Positions 40,076 through 49,567 of a stretch of DNA of 64,000 nt are shown piece after piece (positions within the stretch are counted from its first letter, which is position 1; the number at the start of each line of letters is the position of its first letter). The stretch is taken from positions 1 through 64,000 of the IMG/VR virus record IMGVR_UViG_3300046665_000434, one strand, 5' to 3'. Under the pieces are notes generated by a model that did not search any database, was not told the origin of the DNA, and saw nothing but the letters and a program-made list of their open reading frames with translations. This DNA comes from a virus. The position numbers and the translations under genes are program-made.

Positions 40076-40776
40076 TGCGCCCATCGCCATTAACGATTCG
40101 TTTCTTGGCCCATGATGACTACGCTTACGAGGTGGTCAGATCGGAAGTCAGTAAGGTCACCTTTGATCCGGAGTTTGCTGAGCGATTCACTATCCAGATT
40201 TATTCTGGCGAGTTGGATCGTTCGATGGTAACTTCTGTCGATGCGGTAGCTTGTCCAGGCAATACGTTCGGCGTTATGTCTGGCGGTTTGGATCTGGCGA
40301 TTGCTGATCTGCTGCCTGGCCTGAGTGAGGGTGTCGCCAAGTCGGTAAGGCTTACGGCTGTCGGCGAACTCAATATCGGCGACTGTCGAGTCATTCCTCC
40401 GGTAGTGTGGGCGAATGAAGAATCCGTCGAGTTTGGTGTCTGTCTACCGATAGTTATCTACGCACCTACTATGCGATACCCTGGGCCGCTGCCGCAGCCT
40501 AACGATACCGCATACGCCGCGATGACGGCCGTACTGAATGCGATTTGGGATTATAACTACCCAACTCGACCTCTGCGCTATCGAGCAACTGGTAAGGACA
40601 TCACCAGTGTACTGATCCCACTGTTCGGCGCAGGTACTGGAATGGTCCCTGTCCGTACTGCCATCAGGCAACAGTTGCTGGCACTCACCAACACAGTGAA
40701 GAAGCCGATCGTTCGAGATGTCCACGAATACGCCAAAGCGCGTAATGACGAAATCGCTGCTACTTGGAGAATCTGA
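40075..40776 (+). CDS. Macrodomain protein (second, different subfamily)
   Basis: DAVACPGNTFGVMSGGLDLAI, YAPTMR, PLFGAGTG. Confidence 0.82.
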   Translation: MRPSPLTIRFLAHDDYAYEVVRSEVSKVTFDPEFAERFTIQIYSGELDRSMVTSVDAVACPGNTFGVMSGGLDLAIADLLPGLSEGVAKSVRLTAVGELNIGDCRVIPPVVWANEESVEFGVCLPIVIYAPTMRYPGPLPQPNDTAYAAMTAVLNAIWDYNYPTRPLRYRATGKDITSVLIPLFGAGTGMVPVRTAIRQQLLALTNTVKKPIVRDVHEYAKARNDEIAATWRI

Positions 40777-40777
40777 C

Positions 40778-41047
40778 ATGCATCACGGTGTTCTCTTCTA
40801 TAATGGAAAGCTTCCCGAATACGGACGCCTGTTAGAGCTCGGAGAAGTTGAGTTCGAAGCATTGAAATCGACGGGGATCTTTTCGTTACCGACCTGTAAC
40901 GCCGATGATGGTCAGCGAGTGATTGATCTCAAGATCTTCTGCGTCCGAGTGACTCAGATGACCCAGTGGCACCATCTCGCGAATCAGTTCTCTGAGCTAA
41001 GTAAGAAATACAAATACTTGGCGATTGACTGGGAGAGCCTCGGCTAA
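40778..41047 (+). CDS. Hypothetical protein
   Basis: ATG 40778 after GGAG. Confidence 0.6.
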   Translation: MHHGVLFYNGKLPEYGRLLELGEVEFEALKSTGIFSLPTCNADDGQRVIDLKIFCVRVTQMTQWHHLANQFSELSKKYKYLAIDWESLG

Positions 41048-41136
41048 GGCTGAGGTTTTTCCTCCGTAACTTTTTATGCCCTATCGGAATGGTAGGGATT
41101 CACAATGCAAGTCCATTAAAGGAACGGGGAATCAAC

Positions 41137-42177
41137 ATGCATACTGGTTTTGAAGAATATCTCAACGAACGTCAAAACAACCAACTGAAAGGCATTCTGC
41201 GTTGCCGCTCGATAACGAGTTTTACTGCTGAAGAAGAGATTGCCTTCGATCTCCTCAAGCATGATTTCTTCTACAGTTTCTCCGACTCCGGTAACACACT
41301 GCGTACCGGCGCCATCAACGAGAAACGTCTGCTCGACTACATCCACATCTCTACCGCTATTAGCGAAGAGGCGCGGGCCAACATGGCTGCCTTGTTTGAA
41401 GTCTCTCCTGAGCAGGCTCTGCAATGGCTGGACCTCAACTACGGCTACTTGAACGGTCGTCACTATCTCGAGAAGAACCCGACTGGCATCGTCGGCGCTA
41501 TCCTCGACGGCCTGACAATTGAAGAGTACAAATCGTTTCGTATCGTTAACGAGCGTCTGCTCGAGATCCACGATGCGCTCGATAAGGCCGGCCTGTTTGG
41601 CCGTATCCTGGATACTACTGACCTGCCAGACTTTGGCAAACTGCGCACGCTTGCGGCTAACCGGTTTATCGAAACCAAGAGCCGTTACTATTTCGGCATC
41701 CTACTGCCGCTCAGTATCCAGGCTATGGTCGATGACCTGGTTCGCTTCTACAAGCAGGACCTGCTGACTCTCTCGAAGAAATGGGGCGATGTACTCTTCC
41801 CTGAATTCGAGACCGTCAAGTGGGAACATGACGAACGCATCATCGAGTTGCGTATTGCGGTGACTGGTGACTTCTCGAAACACTTCGGGATCTTCCTGAA
41901 CGTCAACGAGTCTCGTCCTCGCCGTAACTCCCAGCCCGCAGCCTACAAGCCAAAACCTCACGTACCGGCCGTAACGCCTGCACCTGAACCAACACCAGTC
42001 GCCGCTGCTCCAAAGCCTCCTGTGGGCAAACCACGGCCCCTGGCACCTTCTAAACCGAAGCCTCTGGTAACGGAAACGGCTGCCAAGAAGCCTACTCCTA
42101 AAGTAGCTCCCAAGAAGCGCGAAGGTCGCGTGGTACTGGGCAGCGGGTTCGAAGCGCTGAAAGCCCTTCAAGCCTAA
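41137..42177 (+). CDS. Hypothetical protein with Pro/Lys-rich tail
   Basis: ATG 41137; LKHDFFYSFSD motif; low-complexity C-terminus. Confidence 0.7.
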   Translation: MHTGFEEYLNERQNNQLKGILRCRSITSFTAEEEIAFDLLKHDFFYSFSDSGNTLRTGAINEKRLLDYIHISTAISEEARANMAALFEVSPEQALQWLDLNYGYLNGRHYLEKNPTGIVGAILDGLTIEEYKSFRIVNERLLEIHDALDKAGLFGRILDTTDLPDFGKLRTLAANRFIETKSRYYFGILLPLSIQAMVDDLVRFYKQDLLTLSKKWGDVLFPEFETVKWEHDERIIELRIAVTGDFSKHFGIFLNVNESRPRRNSQPAAYKPKPHVPAVTPAPEPTPVAAAPKPPVGKPRPLAPSKPKPLVTETAAKKPTPKVAPKKREGRVVLGSGFEALKALQA

Positions 42178-42190
42178 GCCGCACGAACAG

Positions 42191-42237
42191 CATACAGCGG
42201 GGCGTTGAGCCCCGCTGTATGTCTCATCTTTTTTTTT
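42191..42237 (+). terminator. Hairpin of the ATACAGCGGGGC family plus T tract
   Basis: CATACAGCGGGGC-GTTGA-GCCCCGCTGTATG. Confidence 0.82.
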
Positions 42238-42250
42238 GACGTAAATTAAC

Positions 42251-42273
42251 ACAGATATACATTATCATCATGG
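42251..42273 (+). promoter_or_regulatory. Putative early promoter (ATACATTA family)
   Basis: ACAGATATACATTATCATCATGG. Confidence 0.6.
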
Positions 42274-42321
42274 GACTGGACGCAAGTCCTAATAACTAGA
42301 ACTCAATTAGGGGTGCAGCAA

Positions 42322-42807
42322 ATGTCGTATCACAATCCAAAGACGGGGAAACCAGTTTCACAAGAAGTCGCATTGCTTAACATCGGTGTACCTAACGCCT
42401 CCGGCACGGTATACAAGCTCAACAATGAGCTGCGCCGCCAAGTACGCGAGATGGCATTGAAGGAGGTGTTGGTCGAATACACCACCGGCAAGCGACTCGA
42501 AGGGGCCGCTCTCTCACCTAATCCCGATCGGATCTGTGGGAAGATCAATGACCTTCGTTTGGTCGAATCGATCATGGATAAGGATCTTGCGTCCATCGTA
42601 GGCACCATCCATCCGTACGGTCCGTACGCAGTATATTTGCGCGACACGCTACTCGGCATCAATTCAAGTCCGGCGAAGTTCACGGTCAGGGCTCGGATTA
42701 CCCACATGGACCCTGAGAACCCAGGCCATCTGGTTGAACAGTCTGGTAAGAAACAGGTGTCTTTGGCCAAGATCATCTGCTGGGAGTTGACCTATGGCGA
42801 ACAGTAA
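42322..42807 (+). CDS. Prohead-protease-fold protein, probably inactive
   Basis: PNASGTVY, ICGKI, G.IHPYGPY...LRDTL, FTVRA, IICWE resemble T4 gp21/phiKZ gp175-type protease; expected His and Ser not seen. Confidence 0.55.
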   Translation: MSYHNPKTGKPVSQEVALLNIGVPNASGTVYKLNNELRRQVREMALKEVLVEYTTGKRLEGAALSPNPDRICGKINDLRLVESIMDKDLASIVGTIHPYGPYAVYLRDTLLGINSSPAKFTVRARITHMDPENPGHLVEQSGKKQVSLAKIICWELTYGEQ

Positions 42808-43582
42808 GCGTGAGCTACCGCACTACATCCACAAGATCACCCATTCCAGCGGGTACTACCATCTGGCGGTCAGCAAAGACTCATCCTACAATCTGAGTGC
42901 GTTCATTGCACGGCTGAAGGTCTTGCGTAACCAGAGCCCCGCAACGCGGGTCAGTAACTTCCCGTTGAAACTGTTTGTGCACAAGTATCCTGACTTGACC
43001 CACTCAGACTTCAAGGTGGACGTGCTCAACAAAGGCGTACCATTTGACAGTTACGCTACGGCCAGTACGAACGCCGTTATCATCCTCACGGTGTTAGGGA
43101 CAGATATGCTGTTGACCACGGGGTATATTCCGCCCCTGAAGTGGCCTGCGTATCAGAAGGCTCGGTATGATTACGAAAACTGTACAGAACTAACGCCTGC
43201 GAAGCCTGAGCGTGAACACACGTTACATGAGATTCTCACTTCATGGGGCGGTACTGATACGTTTCGAGTCGATATCGCGATGTGTCCCATCGCTGATGTG
43301 ATCAGTTATCAACAACTCGAGATGTCGTATATCGACACCCCGACTGTGGATCTTACCCTGGACCGGGATCAGGTGTTAGTTGACATCATCCGCGCTCGAA
43401 CGCTGGTTGTTTGTAAGATCACTGCGGAACTGCCTCGCAGGCGTCGCACATCGGATGTCGGTGAGATCGACTTCATCGTCTTTGGCTCGATGATCTACGA
43501 GACCGTCCGTCAGATGGATCAAGAGTTGCGGAAGAAGATCTCCGAACATACTCCAACTACCCAGTACAAGTATACCCAATAG
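42794..43582 (+). CDS. Hypothetical protein
   Basis: 262 aa, GGAG RBS. Confidence 0.65.
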   Translation: MANSKRELPHYIHKITHSSGYYHLAVSKDSSYNLSAFIARLKVLRNQSPATRVSNFPLKLFVHKYPDLTHSDFKVDVLNKGVPFDSYATASTNAVIILTVLGTDMLLTTGYIPPLKWPAYQKARYDYENCTELTPAKPEREHTLHEILTSWGGTDTFRVDIAMCPIADVISYQQLEMSYIDTPTVDLTLDRDQVLVDIIRARTLVVCKITAELPRRRRTSDVGEIDFIVFGSMIYETVRQMDQELRKKISEHTPTTQYKYTQ

Positions 43583-43590
43583 GTGAGCGC

Positions 43591-43833
43591 GTGAGCCTTA
43601 GTCCTAAGATGGCGTTGATCAGGCTTGACATCTATTCGAAGACCTACGGGATATTCAGAGATGTCAAGCCGCTCGATAACCGATTGACAATCCTTGAGTT
43701 GAGGTTACATCAGATCAGCCCGTATAGCGCTGAGGCCCGAAAGCTGAATAAGGAATTCATCGATCTTACGAGGTATCGTGAGGCCGTCTGTTCGTTGTAC
43801 GAACTAAACAATCAAACCTTACCGCAATGGTAA
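43591..43833 (+). CDS. Hypothetical protein
   Basis: 80 aa, AGGT RBS, GTG start. Confidence 0.55.
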   Translation: MSLSPKMALIRLDIYSKTYGIFRDVKPLDNRLTILELRLHQISPYSAEARKLNKEFIDLTRYREAVCSLYELNNQTLPQW

Positions 43834-43845
43834 ATAGGAGTTATC

Positions 43846-44103
43846 GTGAGCAGAGCAGGTCAGCGCCAGCGCGCTCATCACCAGCAGAACCAAAAGTTCT
43901 ACGAGCTCGGTGTCAAGTTCGGCAAAAATGAAATCCCTTACGAGAGTATCGAGGGGATGAAAGCCACGAAATACGCTTGGAGTCGTTTCTATCTGGGCAT
44001 CAAGCACGGCATGAAGGAGGCCGGGGACATTGATCCTACCCGCCAGACCCATACGCCTGTACCTCATCACGGCTTCCAATCCAAGACTGATCCGCACATT
44101 TAA
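43846..44103 (+). CDS. Hypothetical protein
   Basis: 85 aa, AGGAG RBS. Confidence 0.6.
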   Translation: MSRAGQRQRAHHQQNQKFYELGVKFGKNEIPYESIEGMKATKYAWSRFYLGIKHGMKEAGDIDPTRQTHTPVPHHGFQSKTDPHI

Positions 44104-44117
44104 CTAAGGGGAATACC

Positions 44118-44780
44118 GTGGGTAAAGCAAGCCGTCTCAAGAAAGAACGTAAACAACCAGGTTACGTAGAACCGACCAAACCCGTTCAGCGGTTGGGCAA
44201 CTCGCGGCAGTCCGTGACGACTCAGTGCATGACTCCCCAAAAACAAACCACCGCCACATTCGAAACCGATCCTGAAGCCTTCGGCCCCGGTACTATCGGC
44301 TGGTGTTCTCGGGAAACGATCCAGGGCCTGATGGTCTCTACCAACGTGATCAGTATCGGGTTTGACTATCAGGTAACTCCCGCATTCCCGGTCACCCACA
44401 AACGGGTCCTGCGCGTATCGCTCCCGGTGTTGGAACGCGGTGACATTCTTGATCAAGGAGTGGCCAAAGCGATCTATGACTTCGTTATCGCCTGTGGTCA
44501 AGAGAACATCGTTGTCCACTGTGGCGAGGGTCGGATACGCTCCCCGGCGGTAGTCAACGCGATTGCCGCAGAGTTTGACCGTGTGCCTACACCTCGTCGG
44601 ATGTTTGGTGGCGGCTCTCTCAGCGATACCAACATGGACCGCGAACTGTTCTGTCAGTTGTCTGAGTATTTCGAGACCATGATCGCGATGGATGCTGACG
44701 GCATCGGCGTTGCTTCGGCCGAAACCCATGCTGCAATCGAGACCGCTCTGGACGCCGGCCAGATCATCGATAACCGTTAA
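44118..44780 (+). CDS. Protein tyrosine/dual-specificity phosphatase-like protein
   Basis: IVVHCGEGRIRSPAV = HCX5RS. Confidence 0.75.
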   Translation: MGKASRLKKERKQPGYVEPTKPVQRLGNSRQSVTTQCMTPQKQTTATFETDPEAFGPGTIGWCSRETIQGLMVSTNVISIGFDYQVTPAFPVTHKRVLRVSLPVLERGDILDQGVAKAIYDFVIACGQENIVVHCGEGRIRSPAVVNAIAAEFDRVPTPRRMFGGGSLSDTNMDRELFCQLSEYFETMIAMDADGIGVASAETHAAIETALDAGQIIDNR

Positions 44781-44788
44781 ACGGCAAA

Positions 44789-44816
44789 TACTCTGTCCCG
44801 ATAGTGGGACAGAGTA
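44789..44816 (+). terminator. Intergenic hairpin
   Basis: TACTCTGTCCC-GATAGT-GGGACAGAGTA. Confidence 0.65.
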
Positions 44817-44839
44817 GCTAACTAACAAGAGCCTACAAC

Positions 44840-45469
44840 ATGATAATTCGTAGTCGTGCTAAACCTGTCGGCATTATCCCTCTCTGGCCAGAGTTCACAG
44901 GTATTCAAGTACAGATGATGGAGTTCAGCCCGCGCAGGCAGCAGCTGGGTAAGGACCTCTTGCCTTATAAGGACATCATCGCTGGACTGTGTAAGTACTT
45001 CGTTAGCCTCGATCAGAAATTGTTTCTGACGATCGATGAACGTGAACTGGTCCCAGGCGAAACCCATCGCCGCGCTGGCGCGCACATCGACGGTTGGTAT
45101 TTGAAGGACCCTAAAGCCGGTGAACTGACTGAAGGTTGGAGGCCAGGAGGTTATTGGGGAACTGATCGTAATCCAGGCATTACCTACGATTCGAAGTTCC
45201 CAGATGCTGGAATGTTGATCGCCAGTAACTATCCGGCCTGTGATGTCTGGACAGGTGATGTCGAAGGCGAGGTTGGTAAAGGTGGTGATTGCGAGCACCT
45301 GCGTGACCAGTTTGGTGGCATGGAGAAATTCACCATGCCCTCTGATATTGTCTACGCCACAAACGCGATGTGTATTCATGAATCGCGGCCAGTTACAAAA
45401 CCCGTGCGGCGTCAGCTTATCCGCATCACCACTTCAAACCTCCCCCATGTGAGGAATCTGTTTCTATGA
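44840..45469 (+). CDS. 2OG-Fe(II) oxygenase-like protein
   Basis: HRRAGAHIDG (HxD), distal IHES and RQLIR. Confidence 0.65.
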   Translation: MIIRSRAKPVGIIPLWPEFTGIQVQMMEFSPRRQQLGKDLLPYKDIIAGLCKYFVSLDQKLFLTIDERELVPGETHRRAGAHIDGWYLKDPKAGELTEGWRPGGYWGTDRNPGITYDSKFPDAGMLIASNYPACDVWTGDVEGEVGKGGDCEHLRDQFGGMEKFTMPSDIVYATNAMCIHESRPVTKPVRRQLIRITTSNLPHVRNLFL

Positions 45470-46032
45470 AATCCAAACCAATCCTTGCTTTGCTCGTCGC
45501 TGCCACACCTGCTGGCGAGATCGGCTACCGTAACACCATCCCTTGGCGCCTCAAAGGCGATCTGCCGCGTTTCAAGCAGTTGACTGAGGGTAACGTGATC
45601 GTCAGTGGCCGTAGCACTCACGAGACACTCCCGGCGGTAATGGGAGGTCGTATCCGTATCGTGATGTCCAGATCTCCCGAGTATGTTTCTCAGGTCCATG
45701 ACCCGGAGAACAACATCTACGGCGTGGCAAATTTCGACGAAGCGCTGGAATTGGCCCGTACGTTCAAGACGGAGGCCATCTTCTTTATCGGAGGTGCCTC
45801 CGTCTACGAGGACGCTATGAAGTTTGTTGACAAGGCGTTCGTTACGCTGGTCCACAAGACCGCACCGAAGTACGACACCGTCATCAAAGGTTTTACGTTC
45901 GCCCCTGAAGACTGGGTAGTGGTGTCTGAGCGCCACATCACCGAGCCTGATTCACTCCACCCCCAAATCAACCTGCCTTCTCACACGTACTACGTGTTTG
46001 AGCGCATCGAGAATAAGGTAACGAAATCGTGA
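45466..46032 (+). CDS. folA: Dihydrofolate reductase
   Basis: IG....IPWRLKGDLPRFKQLT, GRSTHETLP, FIGGASVY. Confidence 0.93.
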   Translation: MKSKPILALLVAATPAGEIGYRNTIPWRLKGDLPRFKQLTEGNVIVSGRSTHETLPAVMGGRIRIVMSRSPEYVSQVHDPENNIYGVANFDEALELARTFKTEAIFFIGGASVYEDAMKFVDKAFVTLVHKTAPKYDTVIKGFTFAPEDWVVVSERHITEPDSLHPQINLPSHTYYVFERIENKVTKS

Positions 46033-46946
46033 TCACGCTCACCAAGAAACTGAAAGACGACTATTCGACGGTCTACGAGTTCCTCGATGACCTGTTCCCG
46101 GCTACCGGACAGATCCCCGTTGCTCTTTTCAGCGCCGGTAGTAGTAATGGCGTCCTCATGTACGACGCCGTGTTCACTTATCCGGCAGCTCCAATGGAAC
46201 GGGAAGTGCCTCCACCAGCGCCTAGCACCGGGCGTAAAATCGCCCAGTTCTTAGGTATGATCAAACCCCGTCCATCTACATTCACACCTGTCGAAAGGAC
46301 TGATAAATCCAACTGTCATCAGTTCAAGAACTTTACCGTAACTCTCCTCGAGCTGTCAGCCGTCGTAACTCTTCTGCTGGATAACGTCTGGTCAGCCCAT
46401 TACGCCGTCGCTGGGATCAACCTGGCCTCGGACTGGTGGTCAGAATCTGTCCACAACGATGACGAGCAGTTTGCAGCGCTCTACGATTACGCAACTCGCG
46501 GCTTGCAAGAACTGTCGCGCGAATGGGCAGATCACCTGGTTATCGAGAAGCAATTGCTCGAAGATCTGGCAGATTGCAAACGACGACTCACCAACGCCAT
46601 CGGCGGTAGCTTAGCGACAGTAGGCCCAACGATCGAGTACGTAAGCACGGCCTACCTTGCCCGCAGCTGGCGATTCGGTAATAGCCTGTACGCCGACTTC
46701 GACAATCTGGCTACGACCTACCATCCGCCTGAGATCATTGCTGAGATCAGTGCGTATCTGTCGCAGACGAAAGAAGCTACCATACCGCCGTCCCAGGCGT
46801 TCAACAGCTTCATCGATAACGTCCTCGAGATCGGCCCTGATTTCGATAACGTCAAGCCGCCTGTACCGAAGACGATTCGCCCTGAGAAGAAGCTTGAAAA
46901 CTTCCTCGGTGCAATCAACGATCAGGTCAACCAGATGTACAAGTAG
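46029..46946 (+). CDS. Hypothetical protein
   Basis: 305 aa, GTGA overlap. Confidence 0.7.
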   Translation: MITLTKKLKDDYSTVYEFLDDLFPATGQIPVALFSAGSSNGVLMYDAVFTYPAAPMEREVPPPAPSTGRKIAQFLGMIKPRPSTFTPVERTDKSNCHQFKNFTVTLLELSAVVTLLLDNVWSAHYAVAGINLASDWWSESVHNDDEQFAALYDYATRGLQELSREWADHLVIEKQLLEDLADCKRRLTNAIGGSLATVGPTIEYVSTAYLARSWRFGNSLYADFDNLATTYHPPEIIAEISAYLSQTKEATIPPSQAFNSFIDNVLEIGPDFDNVKPPVPKTIRPEKKLENFLGAINDQVNQMYK

Positions 46947-46955
46947 GGACACTGC

Positions 46956-47063
46956 ATGAACTTGAAGAAAGCAGCCATTGAATTTGCAGTGGCTGCGCTG
47001 GCAACTCTCGTAGCGTACGTTATCGTAAACGTGGTCCTCACTGTGATCTCTGAATACTTCTAA
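46956..47063 (+). CDS. 35 aa membrane peptide
   Basis: Below cutoff; MNLKKAAIEFAVAALATLVAYVIVNVVLTVISEYF. Confidence 0.55.
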   Translation: MNLKKAAIEFAVAALATLVAYVIVNVVLTVISEYF

Positions 47064-47074
47064 GGATATCTGCA

Positions 47075-47281
47075 ATGGTAGAAACTCTGTCGATCAACAA
47101 ACCAACCACCCTCCCCGAAAAAGGCCAGACTTGGTATCGCAACAAGAACAAACGCAATGAAGTCGTTTATGTCGACGAAGTCAAGAAGTCGACAGTGAAA
47201 GTCAAGCGTGATGTTGACGCTAAAGACTCTCGCACCATCGCTCTGCCGGCCTTCCTTAAAGAATTCAAGTTGAGGTCGTAA
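47075..47281 (+). CDS. Small basic beta-barrel-like protein
   Basis: 68 aa, AAGGA RBS. Confidence 0.6.
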   Translation: MVETLSINKPTTLPEKGQTWYRNKNKRNEVVYVDEVKKSTVKVKRDVDAKDSRTIALPAFLKEFKLRS

Positions 47282-47556
47282 TGGAGTATCTAACGGTATT
47301 CCTTATTGTATTCGGCGTAATCGGTCTGCGCGCCTTCCAACAGAAAGTGGTCAATGCCAACAAGTACCCTCTCATGGGGATTATTGGCATGTGTATCTAC
47401 GCTGGGGAAGGTTCTGCAATCTTGCTCATCGCCAAAGGAACTATCGTCCACGTCTTGTTCGGCGCCTTAGGTGCCGGGCTTGGCGTGATGACTTTCGTTT
47501 ATGTCTATAACCGCATCTTCATCCCCGCACAAATGCGAAAGGATCATTACCGATGA
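47281..47556 (+). CDS. Small membrane protein (3 TM)
   Basis: Hydrophobic, TAATG overlap, GAGG RBS. Confidence 0.65.
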   Translation: MEYLTVFLIVFGVIGLRAFQQKVVNANKYPLMGIIGMCIYAGEGSAILLIAKGTIVHVLFGALGAGLGVMTFVYVYNRIFIPAQMRKDHYR

Positions 47557-48311
47557 ACATTGATCTCCGCCAAGTTTTCAAAGACTCCCCGTTTGACCAC
47601 ATTGTCGTCGAGATTAACAACTCGCGTAATCATGGCAGTATGATGAATAGTCGTACAGCAATCGTATCGGCCATGGCTGATCAGGGTTACACCTGTGTCT
47701 CGGTTTCTGTTCACGACACAATGGTCCAGCTCGGTTTCCTGACCAATGCCGATGCAGAAACCTATCGTGAGAGCATCGTGGCCTCGTGCCGCAACTCGCT
47801 TGGCGGATCTACTGTCCCCGAAGATCCAGACCGTATGACCACCAGTCAGCACACTCAGTATTTATTGGAGTTGATGGGCAAAGATCACGTTGATCTGGAA
47901 GACGTCCCCATGGGCTTGTTCTTCGAGAACTTAGAGCACTTGCTGACATACCCGCAACCTGTACTCCTCGATACTCTCGCGGCAAAGACGGCATGGTTCT
48001 ACCGAGTATTGGAAGCTATTGAAGACAAGCCACAATGGCAGGTCCGGGCCAAAGAAGGGCTTGCTAAAATCGAGGAGATCATTGGCGCTAACCGCCTCGA
48101 AAGCTTCAGAAATAGTGCGCTTTACAAAGCCACTAAACCTTTCGGTAAATTTGACTGGGCGACATTACGTAGCCGCGTTATAGCACCTCGATCGATTGCC
48201 GAATACATGGAGCAGCAAGATCGCCCACCATCCCCAACTGCTGTAAAGCGGAACGAGGATGATGACGAAGATATTCATTACCGCCTTCGTCGTGCCGCTG
48301 AAGAAGAGTAA
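47553..48311 (+). CDS. Hypothetical protein
   Basis: 252 aa, ATGA overlap. Confidence 0.7.
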   Translation: MNIDLRQVFKDSPFDHIVVEINNSRNHGSMMNSRTAIVSAMADQGYTCVSVSVHDTMVQLGFLTNADAETYRESIVASCRNSLGGSTVPEDPDRMTTSQHTQYLLELMGKDHVDLEDVPMGLFFENLEHLLTYPQPVLLDTLAAKTAWFYRVLEAIEDKPQWQVRAKEGLAKIEEIIGANRLESFRNSALYKATKPFGKFDWATLRSRVIAPRSIAEYMEQQDRPPSPTAVKRNEDDDEDIHYRLRRAAEEE

Positions 48312-48317
48312 TTTCCC

Positions 48318-48545
48318 ATGTCTCAAATCGACTATATGGTCATGTATCGAGCCAATAGAAATCAGCCAGCTGATGGGAAAGTGATGGTGGAATCGACTGA
48401 TTCTTCATACCGCCTCTATGAACTCGGATTAGAGAAACTGGAAGCTCGGATCAAAGAAATGAATAGCCTGCCTGATCCTCCCCGGTCTCTTCTCGATGGT
48501 CTGTTGTTCCTTGGCGTAAATGTAACTTCCAACAAACCTTCCTAA
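48318..48545 (+). CDS. Hypothetical protein
   Basis: 75 aa. Confidence 0.55.
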   Translation: MSQIDYMVMYRANRNQPADGKVMVESTDSSYRLYELGLEKLEARIKEMNSLPDPPRSLLDGLLFLGVNVTSNKPS

Positions 48546-48624
48546 TTAGATGCATTGAAACTGGTGATGGTCACACATTACCCAACTAGCAACACCTCCC
48601 ATTAATGCGAAAAGGTAAGTCAAC

Positions 48625-48915
48625 ATGCAAATCTCCACCGCTGATCTGACCAAACTGAAATCTGACGACGTAGGCACCTTTGCCATCATGGCGCTGCAAA
48701 GCGAAACCACCGCCGTCCTGCTGGGCGAAGGCGATGTGCAAGTTACCGCGACCCTGGATGCTGTGAAAGAAGGCGAAACCCCGGTTATCACCGCTCCTGG
48801 CACCAAGGTCTACTTCAGCGCCGACGGCGTCGTCTTCCAGACCCATGCTCCAAAGTACTCGGCTCCTAAGGCCAAAGCTGCCCAGGGCTCCGTGACGATG
48901 CGTCAACAAGGCTAA
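48625..48915 (+). CDS. Hypothetical protein, likely highly expressed
   Basis: 96 aa, strong codon bias, upstream ACACATTAC variant at 48573, hairpin downstream. Confidence 0.7.
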   Translation: MQISTADLTKLKSDDVGTFAIMALQSETTAVLLGEGDVQVTATLDAVKEGETPVITAPGTKVYFSADGVVFQTHAPKYSAPKAKAAQGSVTMRQQG

Positions 48916-48940
48916 ACCCTATCCGGCCGTAAGCGCCTAA

Positions 48941-48971
48941 ATATAGAGCGGGTCGATGACCCGCTCTATAT
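48941..48971 (+). terminator. Intergenic hairpin
   Basis: ATATAGAGCGGGTC-GAT-GACCCGCTCTATAT plus T-rich tract. Confidence 0.75.
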
Positions 48972-48997
48972 GTCCTTTTATTTTGCGGAGACGTGCA

Positions 48998-49567
48998 ATG
49001 TCGTTGGTTCTCTACCATAATGGCCAATTGGCTGGTGACCGTTTAGGTCGGTTGTTTGCTCACAGTCATCTTGAAACTTGCGAAGACATGCAGAAGATCT
49101 TCGTCAATGATGCCAAGACGATCGCGATCGGTTACTGTGGTAACGCGGTGGATAGCGCATCTATCTTTGCCGTCATGGAAATCCTCAAGATTCGGATGAT
49201 GAGCCGAGAGGCCGAGTTATCAGAAGAAGGGTTCCTAAACGATGCTGAGGTTGATTGGGGGCCGATCAACAAACTGCCGACTTCGATGATTGCCATGACG
49301 CATACCCAGGCCTGGCATTTCGATAATGTCAAGGATAAACAGTTCACCGACATCACCGATGCTCGGGTAGCCATGGGGAATGGGTCGTACATGGGCTACG
49401 TCTGTCTTGCCCATGGCCTTACTCCTCACGATGCGGTGATCGAAGTGAGTAAGCTGTCTACTGACGTAGGTTACGGTGTTGACTCGGTCAAGATGTCAGA
49501 CCTCAAGCCTCTGAACCCTGCGGTCAAGAGAAAGCCTACCCCGCGCCGTAAAGGAACTCAAAAATGA
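48998..49567 (+). CDS. HslV/proteasome-beta-like Ntn-fold protein (Ser at position 1)
   Basis: ATG 48998 after GGAG; MSLVLYHNGQLAGDR, QKIF, AMGNG, GLTPHDAV..VSKL..DVG align with 39260-40075. Confidence 0.68.
   Translation: MSLVLYHNGQLAGDRLGRLFAHSHLETCEDMQKIFVNDAKTIAIGYCGNAVDSASIFAVMEILKIRMMSREAELSEEGFLNDAEVDWGPINKLPTSMIAMTHTQAWHFDNVKDKQFTDITDARVAMGNGSYMGYVCLAHGLTPHDAVIEVSKLSTDVGYGVDSVKMSDLKPLNPAVKRKPTPRRKGTQK

Noticed and set aside
42794-43582. GIY-YIG homing endonuclease (YIHKITHSSGYYHLAVS)
   Set aside because: Only a faint resemblance; canonical YIG, Arg and Glu residues not identifiable
43846-44103. Ribosome modulation factor-like protein
   Set aside because: Only a loose Y..G...G..PY..W..G pattern, too weak to call
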